Shown here: positions 9,027 to 18,167 of the stretch, in pieces
Layout: every line of letters starts with the position of its first letter
Numbering within the stretch: the stretch's first letter is position 1
From: an uncultured Parcubacteria group bacterium
GTDB taxonomy: Bacteria > Patescibacteriota > Minisyncoccia > UBA6257 > 2-01-FULL-56-20
Direction: 5' to 3'
DNA: 59,659 nucleotides
Assembly: GCA_903911245.1 (NCBI GenBank)
Contig: CAIWCR010000010.1
Coordinates: 1-59,659, forward strand
Notes under the pieces: model-generated
The model's database searches: none
Seen by the model: only the letters and a program-made list of their open reading frames with translations
What the model was told of the DNA's origin: nothing
Translations under genes and position numbers: made by a program

Positions 9027-9524
9027 TTACAATTTCAGCCGAAAAACAAGACAGTCTTCGTCGTCGGGTTCATGCCAGTAGTTTTTTATTATCTTATATA
9101 ATTCAAAGTCGGCGCTTCTGAACAAGTTGGACGATGCAATGTTGGTAGCGTGGACATTCGCAATGATGCAAGAAAACATATTTGCTTTTGCAGTCTCAAT
9201 AATCCATTCCACTGCAGCGGTCCCGGCGCCATTTTGACGATAATCCGGAAGAATTGCAATGCTGCCAACATAGAGACATCCATCACATTTAACAGGTGTC
9301 TCCGTATTGCCCCACCTCAAATTTGCTCCAAGATGAATCGAACCAATCGTCTCTCCATCTCCGTCAACGACAAAGAAAAAATCAAACAGTTTTGAAAATT
9401 TTTTCCATTCGTCAGGATAATCGAACTGTTCCGATGGTAGATACCCCGCCTTCACATCAATATCCGCAAGCTCTGTAAGAATTGCAGGATCTTTTTTGCT
9501 TGCCCAGACTATCCGAACACCCAT
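9027..9524 (-). CDS. GNAT family N-acetyltransferase
   Basis: Acetyl-CoA binding block VGSIAILPDYRQNGAGTAAVEWII. Size 165 aa. Confidence 0.75.
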   Translation of the reverse strand: MGVRIVWASKKDPAILTELADIDVKAGYLPSEQFDYPDEWKKFSKLFDFFFVVDGDGETIGSIHLGANLRWGNTETPVKCDGCLYVGSIAILPDYRQNGAGTAAVEWIIETAKANMFSCIIANVHATNIASSNLFRSADFELYKIIKNYWHEPDDEDCLVFRLKL

Positions 9525-9628
9525 TTGAAAACCACTCCTCTTTTATTAACGTTCTAAACAAATAAATATCATATAAATCAATAAAAGTCAACAATCAAAA
9601 AATAATTGGTTATTACTTTTTTGTAGTG

Positions 9629-9700
9629 TGGGCGTTGCAGGGATCGAACCTGCGACCTCTCCGATGTGAACGGAACGCTCTACCACTGAGCTAAACGCCC
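9629..9700 (-). tRNA. tRNA-Val (anticodon CAC)
   Basis: The reverse complement is GGGCGTTTAGCTCAGTGGTAGAGCGTTCCGTTCACATCGGAGAGGTCGCAGGTTCGATCCCTGCAACGCCCA. It forms a cloverleaf with anticodon loop TTCACAT. Confidence 0.85.
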
Positions 9701-9726
9701 GACGAAGTCATGATAAATCAATTCAA

Positions 9727-9756
9727 TAAAAAATGCCACGATTTTTGTCGTGGCAT
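9727..9756 (-). terminator. Rho-independent terminator after rplL
   Basis: ATGCCACGA (9733-9741) / TCGTGGCAT (9748-9756), flanked by A/T runs on both sides. Confidence 0.6.
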
Positions 9757-9838
9757 TTTTTATTGTGGATCCTGGCTCATTACTCCTCGAAGACGAGTCG
9801 TGTGGCCGGGATGACAATTATAAGGAATGAAAGCTATA

Positions 9839-10207
9839 TTACTGAAGTTCAACGGTTGCTCCCGCTTCTTCAAGCTTCTTTTTCATCTCTTCGGCTTCCT
9901 CTTTCTTCAGGCCTTCCTTTATTACTTTCGGAGCGGCATCAACCAAATCTTTCGCTTCCTTGAGACCAAGTGCCGTCACTTCACGAACAACCTTAATGAC
10001 GCTCAACTTACTTTCGCCACTTGATTTCAAAAGAACATTAAAGCTCGATTTTTCTTCCGCTGCCTCGCCTGCTCCAGCGCCTGCTGCTGCAACCGGTGCC
10101 GCTGCCGAAATACCAAACTTCTCTTCAAGCTTATGTACGAGCTCCGCGAGCTCCACGGCGCTCAAAGTCTCTATCTTTGAAATAATATCTTCTAAATGAT
10201 TTGCCAT
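9839..10207 (-). CDS. rplL: 50S ribosomal protein L7/L12
   Basis: Ala-rich hinge [19 protein letters not shown], and C-terminal [19 protein letters not shown]...[10 protein letters not shown]. Confidence 0.95.
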   Translation of the reverse strand: MANHLEDIISKIETLSAVELAELVHKLEEKFGISAAAPVAAAGAGAGEAAEEKSSFNVLLKSSGESKLSVIKVVREVTALGLKEAKDLVDAAPKVIKEGLKKEEAEEMKKKLEEAGATVELQ

Positions 10208-10219
10208 TTGAATAATAAA

Positions 10220-10753
10220 TTATGCTTGCGTTAGCTCGACCTTTTTACTTTTTTCATCTAACACGTACAGTAACGATCTGATGGGACCAGCGAGCGCTCC
10301 CAAAAGCTGGGATAGCAACACTTCGCGTGGCGGAAGCTTTCCGATAAAAACAATCTGCGCAGCATCAAGAGTGCTTTCTTTTGCCATATCATATCCTCCC
10401 AAAAGATGCTTTACCCATGTATCTCTCGGCATTCCTTCCGGAATCTCAAGAGAAGAAAAGAACTTAAATGTCGGCGCAACCGCCTTTTCAATATCATTTT
10501 CAGAAAAAACAGTTCCAACGGAAGTCTTCAGGCTCGCAAGATCAACATCAATCCCCTTTTCTTTTAAAGCAATCGATAAGAGACGCTTCTTAATAACAAG
10601 AAACTGCGCGTCATTCTTTTTAAGCTCTCTGCGCAATTTTCTTACATCTTCCGCGGGAATCTTTGTAAAATCAGTAAACACCAAAGCATGACTTTTTTTC
10701 AAAAGCTCTTTTGCGCGTGTAAGCTCCTCTGTTTTTTGTATTTTTGTTTTCAT
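10220..10753 (-). CDS. rplJ: 50S ribosomal protein L10
   Basis: 177 aa, directly upstream of rplL. L10-like N-terminus (K...V.EL......HALVFTDFTKI.AEDVRKLRRELK). Confidence 0.9.
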   Translation of the reverse strand: MKTKIQKTEELTRAKELLKKSHALVFTDFTKIPAEDVRKLRRELKKNDAQFLVIKKRLLSIALKEKGIDVDLASLKTSVGTVFSENDIEKAVAPTFKFFSSLEIPEGMPRDTWVKHLLGGYDMAKESTLDAAQIVFIGKLPPREVLLSQLLGALAGPIRSLLYVLDEKSKKVELTQA

Positions 10754-10767
10754 TGTATTAATAAATT

Positions 10768-10789
10768 AAAAACGGCCCCTCCAAAGGCC
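10768..10789 (-). promoter_or_regulatory. possible attenuator hairpin in the rplJ leader
   Basis: The minus strand reads GGCCTT-TGGA-GGGGCC followed by GTTTTT, ending about 15 nt before the rplJ ATG. A second hairpin (ATAAACAAAagaTTTTGTTTAT) lies just upstream. Both are weak stems. Confidence 0.3.
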
Positions 10790-10999
10790 ATCGAAATAAA
10801 CAAAATCTTTTGTTTATCCTCGGCAGGATTTACGCGCCTCTCGAAAAAGCCTCAAGGCAAAACCTACTGTCTTTGGAATGGGTTCATTATACATGAACAT
10901 AGCCCACTGTCAATAAGTTGCCATTACCGTAGGGCGTCTCTTGTGTCATTATCCCTTTTCCCTTACAATGAGACCAAAGAAAAAGAAGCGGCATAATTC

Positions 11000-11005
11000 T
11001 ATAAC
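11000..11005 (+). promoter_or_regulatory. possible -10 box (TATAAC) 6 nt upstream of the proposed infC AUA start
   Basis: This has the same -10/N6/start geometry as the other leaderless candidates. The hexamer is a weak match. Confidence 0.25.
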
Positions 11006-11011
11006 ACTCCC

Positions 11012-11518
11012 ATACTTAAGCCACGAATCAACAATCAAATAATCGCTCCCGAGCTCCGCGTCATTGACGAGAAAGGAGAAAATCTTGGCGTCTTGAAACG
11101 TGAAGATGCCCTTCTTCTCGCAAAACCAGAAGAAGGAATTGATCTTATTGAAATCTCAGCAAACGCCGTACCGCCCGTCGCGCGACTCATGAATTACGAC
11201 AAGTATCGCTACGAAGAAGAGAAGCGTGAAAAGAAAGAACGACTCGCCCAAAAAGGCGCTCTGGCAAAACAAGTTCAGATAAGCGTGCGCGCGGCAAAGA
11301 ACGATCTCCTTATGAAAGCAAAACAAGCAGAAAAATTCCTTAACGAAGGACGTAATGTGGAAATTGCTATCCGTCTCCGTGGACGTGAAAAATACAACCA
11401 ACCATGGGTCTATCAGAAGCTCGATGAATTCCTTGCCATGATTCCCGTTGAATACAAGCGAATCTCCGAACCGCGCTTTGGCGGCCGGGGAATGAGCATG
11501 CAGATCGTGAAAAAGTAG
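11012..11518 (+). CDS. infC: translation initiation factor IF-3; the true start is upstream of the tracked TTG, probably a non-AUG codon (ATA at 11012)
   Basis: The frame is open from 10997. Codons upstream of 11093 encode (M)LKPRINNQIIAPELRVIDEKGENLGVL, which is the conserved IF3 N-terminal domain. The C-terminal domain follows. There is no in-frame ATG. Confidence 0.85.
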   Translation: MLKPRINNQIIAPELRVIDEKGENLGVLKREDALLLAKPEEGIDLIEISANAVPPVARLMNYDKYRYEEEKREKKERLAQKGALAKQVQISVRAAKNDLLMKAKQAEKFLNEGRNVEIAIRLRGREKYNQPWVYQKLDEFLAMIPVEYKRISEPRFGGRGMSMQIVKK

Positions 11519-11872
11519 TCTTTGACTTTCGTTTCCAAATTTAATACCATCAGCGTATCTGCAGCAAGCTTGGCTATGCTTTCTGCTTCTTCAAGGGAAA
11601 TTGAGCTAGCTATTCAAAATCCTTGAAGTGACAAAGATTGGCTGCCGCGCATGATTCAGGGGACCTAGTAGCGACGAGTGAACGGTCGTGTACACACCGC
11701 CCTGGACATTCTTGTGACTCGTTTATTCCATAAAAAAATTACGAGAACGAGCAGGCAGGATCATGCAGGCCGCCGCAAGAAGAACGTTGGGAGTGTCGCG
11801 GAGGACGCGACGAGCGAATAACTTTTTATTCACGAACTACCCCAACGCCGCTCTTCTTGCGGCTTTTCTTTT
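11519..11872 (+). ncRNA. candidate structured non-coding RNA of unknown class
   Basis: This is 354 nt between convergent genes with no ORF of 60 aa or more, and it looks GC-richer than its flanks. A possible TTGACT-17-TACCAT promoter lies at 11522-11550. A helix of about 19 bp pairs 11772-11791 with 11841-11863, enclosing the hairpin GTCGCG-gagga-CGCGAC (11794-11810). It ends in a U-run. Confidence 0.3.
11847..11872 (+). terminator. Rho-independent terminator
   Basis: GCCGC-tcttctt-GCGGC followed by TTTTCTTTT. Confidence 0.6.
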
Positions 11873-11880
11873 CGAAAAAA

Positions 11881-12609
11881 TTAATTGTATTCTACCGGAA
11901 CGCTTTCGAATTTCATTTTCGCTATAACAATGTGATCAAGAAGACTGATGCCGAGAATCTTTCCCGCTTCAACAATTTGTTTTGTAATTACAATATCCGG
12001 CTCACTGGGACTTGCTATTCCTGACGGATGATTATGCGCAAGAATCACTGCCGTCGCAGAATATTCCAACGCTGGACGAAATACTTCACGCGGATGAATA
12101 ATATTCGACGTCAAAATCCCAATGGAAATCACTTCGTCATGAATAAGCTGATAATGGCTATCCAAATATAATCCGCGCAAATGTTCTTTTTGAAGGTCCT
12201 GCATATCTTTCAAATAATCGTATACCTGACTCGCCGTCCTTATCACGATTGGCGCACCGCCATTCGACATTTTAAAAAATCTCCTTCCTAATTCAAAACA
12301 CGCAACCACCTGGCACGCTTTCGCAATAGGAATCCCAAGAAGCTCGCTCACCTTTTTAGGATCCTCTTGATTTAAAATAACGCTATTGCCATATTCCTTG
12401 AGTAAGCGACGCGACATCGCAAGAACGTCCTCTTTCTTAGTACCGACATTCAAAATAACTACAAGGAGTTCGACAACAGAAAGACTAATCGAGCCATATT
12501 TAATCAGCTTCTCCCGGGGTCTCTCCTCGGCAGGTAAATCACGAAACTTCAGAACATATATCTTCTCAGGATTCTCCAAAATCATATCCCCTTCTCTTTG
12601 AATATACAT
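11881..12609 (-). CDS. radC: RadC-family JAB/MPN domain protein
   Basis: ERPREKL N-terminal motif, and JAMM motif HNHPSGIASPSEPD. Confidence 0.85.
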   Translation of the reverse strand: MYIQREGDMILENPEKIYVLKFRDLPAEERPREKLIKYGSISLSVVELLVVILNVGTKKEDVLAMSRRLLKEYGNSVILNQEDPKKVSELLGIPIAKACQVVACFELGRRFFKMSNGGAPIVIRTASQVYDYLKDMQDLQKEHLRGLYLDSHYQLIHDEVISIGILTSNIIHPREVFRPALEYSATAVILAHNHPSGIASPSEPDIVITKQIVEAGKILGISLLDHIVIAKMKFESVPVEYN

Positions 12610-12655
12610 TATTATTTTTTATAAACCGCAGCAGTTATTTAAACAGCGGTTTTAA

Positions 12656-14833
12656 TCATTGTAATCCTGGCATAATAAGTTTTTCCGGTTTATATACAAC
12701 ATGAATGGGTAAACGAATAATAAAACAGCTCCCCCTTTCCGCTTCGCTTTCTGCTGTTATTGTTCCATCATGTGCTTCGATAATCTGACGGCAGATATAA
12801 AGCCCAAGACCAGTTCCGCTCGATCCGTTACCATCAATCTTATAAAATCTCTCGAAAATATGCGGGAGATTTTTTCGAGAGATTCCCGATCCTGTATCTG
12901 TAACAGAAATCTCAACTTCATCACCGATCGTTTTCCCAGAAAGCAAAATAGTACCTCCTGGAGACGTATATTTCAAAGCATTGCTGATTAAATTTAAAAG
13001 AACCTCTCTTAGCTTATCTGTATTTCCAAAAACAAAACATTTCTCGCTTGAAAATGAAATAATAACTCCCTTCTCTTTTGTCAAAACAAAACAGTCGTCA
13101 TACGATTCCTCCAATAATTTTTCTACATCAATTCGCCGTTTTTCAAGATTCGCTTTAGAAGAATTTAATTGTGCAATATTAAGAACGCTGCCAACAAGAC
13201 GAGAAAGACGATCCAGGGTCATTCTTATGGTGTAAAACTCATTCTCTCCTTTTTTATTATATGTTTTTTCTAAGCACTCTATATTTCCTCTCAAAATAGA
13301 AAGTGGTGTTTGAAATTCATGAGAAACGTCGGCCAAAAACCTCGACTGTCCTTCGTGCATATTTTTTATCCTCTCAGTCTTTTTATATACTCGCTCTTCA
13401 AGCTCTTTCGCGTGTCGCTGTATAGCGTCATACAATATTGCATTTTCAATTGCTATACCCGCCTGATGCGAAACAATCCATAATAATTCCTTATCCTTTT
13501 TAGACAACGCCCACCCCGATTTTTTATTACCAAGCAATAAAATGACTCTCGCCCTTCCTTTCAGAAAAAACGGAATAATCGCAGCAATTCCTTCGTTTTT
13601 GGCCATTGAACAAAAAGATTGATACTGTTTTGCTCTTTTCTGTTGAGTGTCCCTTGCTCCAAGTTCTAATTCTTTAATAAAGACACTTTTCATAGAAAGC
13701 GATTCAAAAGCAGAAATAATTTCCTTATAATTATTTTCCGAATCAACCAATACCTCTTTTTGCGCACCAACATCAAAAAAATAACTCACGCCCCCATCGT
13801 CAAAAAAGAAAATTGCTTTTTCTAGCTTAATAGTCTGTATCAAAAAGCTGCCCACCGATCTAAAAAGTTCATTAAGATTTATCGTTGAATAGATGACCCC
13901 ACCAAGTTCACGAATAGCGCAAAAACAATCATAATCACCACGAAAGAAAAAAGGATTAGTCGCCTCATCAAATTCACGTCTAAGATAGGGAAAACCCCAA
14001 ATACATGCCGCTGTAGTAAGGACGCCACTCACGGGATAAGCAAGTCTGTCGTTTTCATAAAGAAACTCTTGAAGAAAAAAGTGAATATTTAAATATGCTA
14101 AGGCAATTATAAAAATAGCCACTACGTACATCGCACCTCTTCGAATAACGAACCGAATATCCATAAATTGATGGCATACAATTGAATAAGCGATGCTTCC
14201 AATAAATATAAGAGAAAAAAGAGAACTGATTAAAATAAGATGAACATCATAAAATACGAATAGAAAAAAATCACAAACCGTCACTACTGAAAGAAACAAT
14301 CCCGTGCCAACAACAAAAGGAAGAAGTCTAATTCTCACACACAAAGCAAGCTTAAAATATTTTTTTAAAAATTTGAAAAAACTCCACGCCACATACCATA
14401 TCATCACCATTGAACGAACCGGAAAAAGGACTCCCGTGATGGCGTCGAGATATCCGTCACCATCAATATCGAGAAAACGAATAATAAATCTCGAAAACGT
14501 AAAAAGGAAAACAACAAGCCATGGAATTAGAAAAAGTAGAAAATCATTTCTCTTCTTTTTGTCGATTTTTACATCATACGGAAAATACTCCGCAAGAAGA
14601 ACAAATCCTAAAACCATAATTTCCGTCCCACATAATGCGGGCCTGAAAAACATAAAACTTTTTCCCAAATAAGCACAATTAATACAAAACATCCACAGCA
14701 CGGCACCAAAAGTAAAAATAAAAAAGGATCTATTTAGTGCATTTCTAGGATTATCAACAAGAACAAGGAAAGCAACCGCCATATTAAGACAAATAACGAC
14801 ATATTGAAGAAGCAATCCGCTATCTATAAACAT
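12656..14833 (-). CDS. multi-TM sensor histidine kinase
   Basis: A hydrophobic region of about 300 aa comes first. H-box FLADVSHEFQTPL, N-box LLNLISNALKYT, G-boxes DTGSGI and GTGLGL. Confidence 0.85.
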   Translation of the reverse strand: MFIDSGLLLQYVVICLNMAVAFLVLVDNPRNALNRSFFIFTFGAVLWMFCINCAYLGKSFMFFRPALCGTEIMVLGFVLLAEYFPYDVKIDKKKRNDFLLFLIPWLVVFLFTFSRFIIRFLDIDGDGYLDAITGVLFPVRSMVMIWYVAWSFFKFLKKYFKLALCVRIRLLPFVVGTGLFLSVVTVCDFFLFVFYDVHLILISSLFSLIFIGSIAYSIVCHQFMDIRFVIRRGAMYVVAIFIIALAYLNIHFFLQEFLYENDRLAYPVSGVLTTAACIWGFPYLRREFDEATNPFFFRGDYDCFCAIRELGGVIYSTINLNELFRSVGSFLIQTIKLEKAIFFFDDGGVSYFFDVGAQKEVLVDSENNYKEIISAFESLSMKSVFIKELELGARDTQQKRAKQYQSFCSMAKNEGIAAIIPFFLKGRARVILLLGNKKSGWALSKKDKELLWIVSHQAGIAIENAILYDAIQRHAKELEERVYKKTERIKNMHEGQSRFLADVSHEFQTPLSILRGNIECLEKTYNKKGENEFYTIRMTLDRLSRLVGSVLNIAQLNSSKANLEKRRIDVEKLLEESYDDCFVLTKEKGVIISFSSEKCFVFGNTDKLREVLLNLISNALKYTSPGGTILLSGKTIGDEVEISVTDTGSGISRKNLPHIFERFYKIDGNGSSGTGLGLYICRQIIEAHDGTITAESEAERGSCFIIRLPIHVVYKPEKLIMPGLQ

Positions 14834-14836
14834 CGC

Positions 14837-15508
14837 TTATTCTTCTAGTTTATATCCGTATCCATGAACTGTTTTCAACAGCTTTTTTTCACGACCGTCA
14901 TCAATTTTCTCTCTTAAAAATCGTATGTGGACATCTACTGTGTTAGTAAACGGATCAGCATTCATATCCCACACATGATCCAATATCATGTTTCGAGTAA
15001 GTACTATTCCAGGATTTCTCATAAAATATTCGAGTAAGGCGAATTCTTTACGATTCAGAACAATAGGCCTACCAAGACGAGTAGCGACATGTGTTCGCGT
15101 ATCCAAAGAAAGGTCGCCAACAATAAGAATCTGCTCCGTTATCTTCTTTTCTCTCCTCAAAAGCGCACGGATACGCGCAGTAAGTTCCGCCATAGAAAAT
15201 GGTTTTGTTAAATAGTCATCAGCACCAAGATTGAGTGCATCAATCTTGGTTTGCGCGTCACTCGTCACTGAAAGTATAATAACGGGGAAAATCTTTCCTT
15301 TGGCACGGACTTCTTTAAGAATAGAAAGCCCATCTTGTCCCCCTGAAAGCCTTATATCAAAAATCCCTGCATCATAGGGATTAACTTTTGCCCAAAGAAG
15401 TCCTTTCTCGGCAGTGTTTGCCCAATCAACCGCAAAACGCTCGGACTGTAAGCCCTTTAAAACAAAATCTGCTATTCCTTTTTCATCCTCGATGAGCAAT
15501 ATGCGCAT
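14837..15508 (-). CDS. OmpR/PhoB-family response regulator
   Basis: MRILLIEDE start (the internal Met at codon 19 of the tracked ORF is the preferred start). Receiver domain plus a winged-helix C-terminus (TVHGYGYKL). It lies 3 nt upstream of the kinase gene. Confidence 0.9.
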   Translation of the reverse strand: MRILLIEDEKGIADFVLKGLQSERFAVDWANTAEKGLLWAKVNPYDAGIFDIRLSGGQDGLSILKEVRAKGKIFPVIILSVTSDAQTKIDALNLGADDYLTKPFSMAELTARIRALLRREKKITEQILIVGDLSLDTRTHVATRLGRPIVLNRKEFALLEYFMRNPGIVLTRNMILDHVWDMNADPFTNTVDVHIRFLREKIDDGREKKLLKTVHGYGYKLEE

Positions 15509-15648
15509 AAGTATGAAACCTTTATTTTTATAGATAATACGCCAATACCACAATGCCCGCAATAAACACCGTCTTATTCTCCCATATCAAACATTAAAAA
15601 AATCTAAAATCCCCAAGGCCCATAAATCAAGCCAATTTGAACAAAATA

Positions 15649-15657
15649 TGCTACTAT
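15649..15657 (+). promoter_or_regulatory. extended -10 promoter (TGcTACTAT) 6 nt upstream of the ATG; leaderless geometry
   Basis: TG at 15649-15650, TACTAT at 15652-15657, spacer aaaacc, ATG at 15664. Confidence 0.4.
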
Positions 15658-15663
15658 AAAACC

Positions 15664-16722
15664 ATGGATGACAAAAAAACAATTGCTATTATAAAAAAGG
15701 TAATGCCAGCGGTAGTTTCGATTGATATCGCAAAAAACGTTTCCGACATCGAGAAAGAATTTCCACAAGAATCATCGCCCGCCGTGTCGGAATCATCAAA
15801 TGGAAAACCAATAGAAAAGCTTGGAATTCCCGATTTCATGATTGATAAGCGCGGCATGGTAGAAGTCGGCGGCGGTTCGGGGTTTATTGTAAGTCAAAAC
15901 GGTATCGTTCTTACCAACAAGCACGTCATAAGCGACCCCAAAGCTGAATACACCGTAATTCTCAATGACGGACGGAAGTTTCCAGCAGTAATATTAAGCC
16001 GCGATCCTATCAATGATATCGCAATTCTCCAAATCCCTTCGGAAAAACTCCCCTATCTCAAACTTGGTGACGCCACAAAGCTTGAACTTGGACAAAGCCT
16101 TATTGCCATCGGCAACGCCCTTGGCATTTTCAAAAACACCGTTTCGGTTGGTATCGTTTCGGGGCTCTCGCGCTCGATTATGGCACAAGCCGATCCAAAT
16201 GCACCACCACAAGAAATGCGCGGACTCATCCAAACTGACGCCGCCATCAATCCCGGAAACTCAGGCGGTCCGCTTGTTGACGTAAATGGTCTCGTCATCG
16301 GTGTTAACGCCGCCATTGTTTCTGGCGCACAAAGCATCGGCTTTGCAATCCCCATCAACGCAGCAGAACGCGACCTTAATGATATGAAACGCTACGGCCG
16401 CATTCGTCGTCCCCTTCTCGGTCTTCGCTATATCATGATCAATGACACCTTGAAAGAAAAAATGAATTTGCCGATAAATTATGGCGCGCTCGTAACGAAA
16501 GAAAGCGAACATGATGGCGGTGTCGTACTGGGAAGTCCTGCTGAAAGGGCAGGCCTGAAAGAAAACGATATCATTCTTGCAATTGGCGACAAAAAACTCG
16601 ATTGCAATCACCCCATACAAGATTTTCTTGAAAACATGAACGTTGGGGATGTTATTGAACTTGCTGTTCTTCGTGACGGAAAACAAATTTCTGCGAAGAT
16701 TACGCTTTCGGAAAGAAAGTAA
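15664..16722 (+). CDS. htrA: HtrA/DegP-family serine protease with a PDZ domain
   Basis: Catalytic blocks TNKHV, DIAIL and GNSGGPL, plus a C-terminal PDZ domain. The start is set at the ATG at 15664 rather than the TTG at 15637. Confidence 0.85.
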   Translation: MDDKKTIAIIKKVMPAVVSIDIAKNVSDIEKEFPQESSPAVSESSNGKPIEKLGIPDFMIDKRGMVEVGGGSGFIVSQNGIVLTNKHVISDPKAEYTVILNDGRKFPAVILSRDPINDIAILQIPSEKLPYLKLGDATKLELGQSLIAIGNALGIFKNTVSVGIVSGLSRSIMAQADPNAPPQEMRGLIQTDAAINPGNSGGPLVDVNGLVIGVNAAIVSGAQSIGFAIPINAAERDLNDMKRYGRIRRPLLGLRYIMINDTLKEKMNLPINYGALVTKESEHDGGVVLGSPAERAGLKENDIILAIGDKKLDCNHPIQDFLENMNVGDVIELAVLRDGKQISAKITLSERK

Positions 16723-16780
16723 AGTTTTTATCCCCCTTCGCTAAAGCTTCGGAGGGATTCGATTCGCGATATCGCGAATC

Positions 16781-18079
16781 TCACATATGACTCAATGTAA
16801 AGAACATCGCAACTGCCGCGGTTCCCATAAGAACAAATGTTCCCCAGACAAAGAGATGTGAAAGTATTCCACTCTTATATTCACCCATAATTTTTTTATT
16901 TCGCGCGATCTTCGCAATAAGAAAAATGAGTGGTACCGCGACGACGCCGTTAAAAACGGCGGTAAAAACAAGTGCTTTCATCGGATCGATGCCTATAAAG
17001 TTGATAATAAGCCCGACAATGGTTGCGATCGTAATCACGCCATAAAATCCATGCGCCTGTTTGAATTTAAAATTCAAACTATCCTTCCAGTTAAACGCTT
17101 CTGAAACCGCATACGACGCCGACGCCGAAAGTACTGGTACGCCCAAAAAACCAAGACCTAAAACGCCAGTCGCAAAGATAAGTTTTGCAAGAAATCCCGC
17201 ATTGGGAAACGTATGGACAAGTGGCTCCAGTGCTTTTGCGGCGTCCGCCGCCGTTGCAATATTGGTCACGCCGTTTGCGTGCAATACGGTCGCGGCAACA
17301 ACAATAATGGACCACGTAGCAATTTCCGATGACAACATCCCAACAAACGTATCAATCCGCAAGAATTTTATAAAAGATTTCGAAACATGAACTTTTCCGT
17401 TTTTTATAAGTCCCTTCTCCCGTTCTTCTTCAACCTCCTCCGATGCTTGCCAGAAAAACATATACGGAGAAATTGTTGTTCCAAAAACACCAGTGATAAT
17501 AAAGAAAAACGCAAAACTGAATTCAATATGAGGAATAAATGTCGCTCTGAGTAATTCTCCCCATGGTTCATTTACAAGAAACACCGTCAAGAGATAGGCA
17601 AATAAAGAAAGCGTAAGCCATTTCAGAATTTTCGCATACGATTTATAGGATAAAAATATTTCAAGAAACAAAATAAGTGCCGTAAAAAGGAGAATAAGGA
17701 TAGGAACATCAATAGGAATTACCAAATGTGCTGCCGCGCCCATCGCACCAAGGTCAGCGCCGATATTAATTGTGTTCGCTATAACAACAAGAAAAACCAT
17801 CCCGTAAAGGATTTTTTTGCTATAGTGCTCTTTTACAACGCCGGCAATTCCCTTCCCTGTCACAGCCCCTATGCGAGCGCACGCTTCTTGAATTGCGGTC
17901 TGAAACGGTAACATCAATACCGCAGTCCACAACTGACCGTATCCGAATTGCGCACCGGTCTGAGAATACGTTGCTATTCCTGACGGATCGTCATCCGCAG
18001 CTCCCGTAATAATGCCAGGGCCAACAATATCGAAAATTTTTCTCCGGCCTTTCCGCTTCTTTTTTATTTCTTCTGCCAT
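16781..18079 (-). CDS. Nramp-family divalent metal transporter
   Basis: About 11 TM helices. N-terminal AADDDPSGIATYSQTGAQFGY block, typical of Nramp/MntH. Confidence 0.8.
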   Translation of the reverse strand: MAEEIKKKRKGRRKIFDIVGPGIITGAADDDPSGIATYSQTGAQFGYGQLWTAVLMLPFQTAIQEACARIGAVTGKGIAGVVKEHYSKKILYGMVFLVVIANTINIGADLGAMGAAAHLVIPIDVPILILLFTALILFLEIFLSYKSYAKILKWLTLSLFAYLLTVFLVNEPWGELLRATFIPHIEFSFAFFFIITGVFGTTISPYMFFWQASEEVEEEREKGLIKNGKVHVSKSFIKFLRIDTFVGMLSSEIATWSIIVVAATVLHANGVTNIATAADAAKALEPLVHTFPNAGFLAKLIFATGVLGLGFLGVPVLSASASYAVSEAFNWKDSLNFKFKQAHGFYGVITIATIVGLIINFIGIDPMKALVFTAVFNGVVAVPLIFLIAKIARNKKIMGEYKSGILSHLFVWGTFVLMGTAAVAMFFTLSHM

Positions 18080-18085
18080 ACATTC

Positions 18086-18094
18086 ATTATAACA
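18086..18094 (-). promoter_or_regulatory. extended -10 promoter (TGtTATAAT) 6 nt upstream of the ATG; leaderless geometry
   Basis: The minus strand reads TGTTATAAT-gaatgt-ATG, with the ATG at 18079-18077. Confidence 0.45.
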
Positions 18095-18132
18095 AAATTT
18101 TACACTCTGTCACCATTCTTTTCAGTAAAACA

Positions 18133-18167
18133 ATAAAAAAGTGGCCGCCCCTCTTCAGGGCAACCAC
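18133..18167 (-). terminator. Rho-independent terminator overlapping the stop of the upstream membrane gene
   Basis: The minus strand reads GTGGTTGCCC-tgaagag-GGGCGGCCAC followed by TTTTTT. The stop codon lies in the loop. Confidence 0.6.

Noticed and set aside
11519-11872. Tested whether the structured intergenic region is RNase P RNA, tmRNA or SRP RNA.
   Set aside because: It lacks GGAAAGUCCGG / ACAGAA-type RNase P cores, a tRNA-like acceptor/T-arm with CCA for tmRNA, and a GGAA-tetraloop helix with a GGAAGCAGC-type SRP domain IV. Its identity is left open rather than forced.
16761-16780. A perfect 20-bp palindrome, GATTCGCGATATCGCGAATC, abutting the Nramp stop codon. It was considered as a metalloregulator operator.
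   Set aside because: It lies at the 3' ends of two convergent genes, not in a promoter. It is most simply a bidirectional terminator-type hairpin or a chance palindrome.
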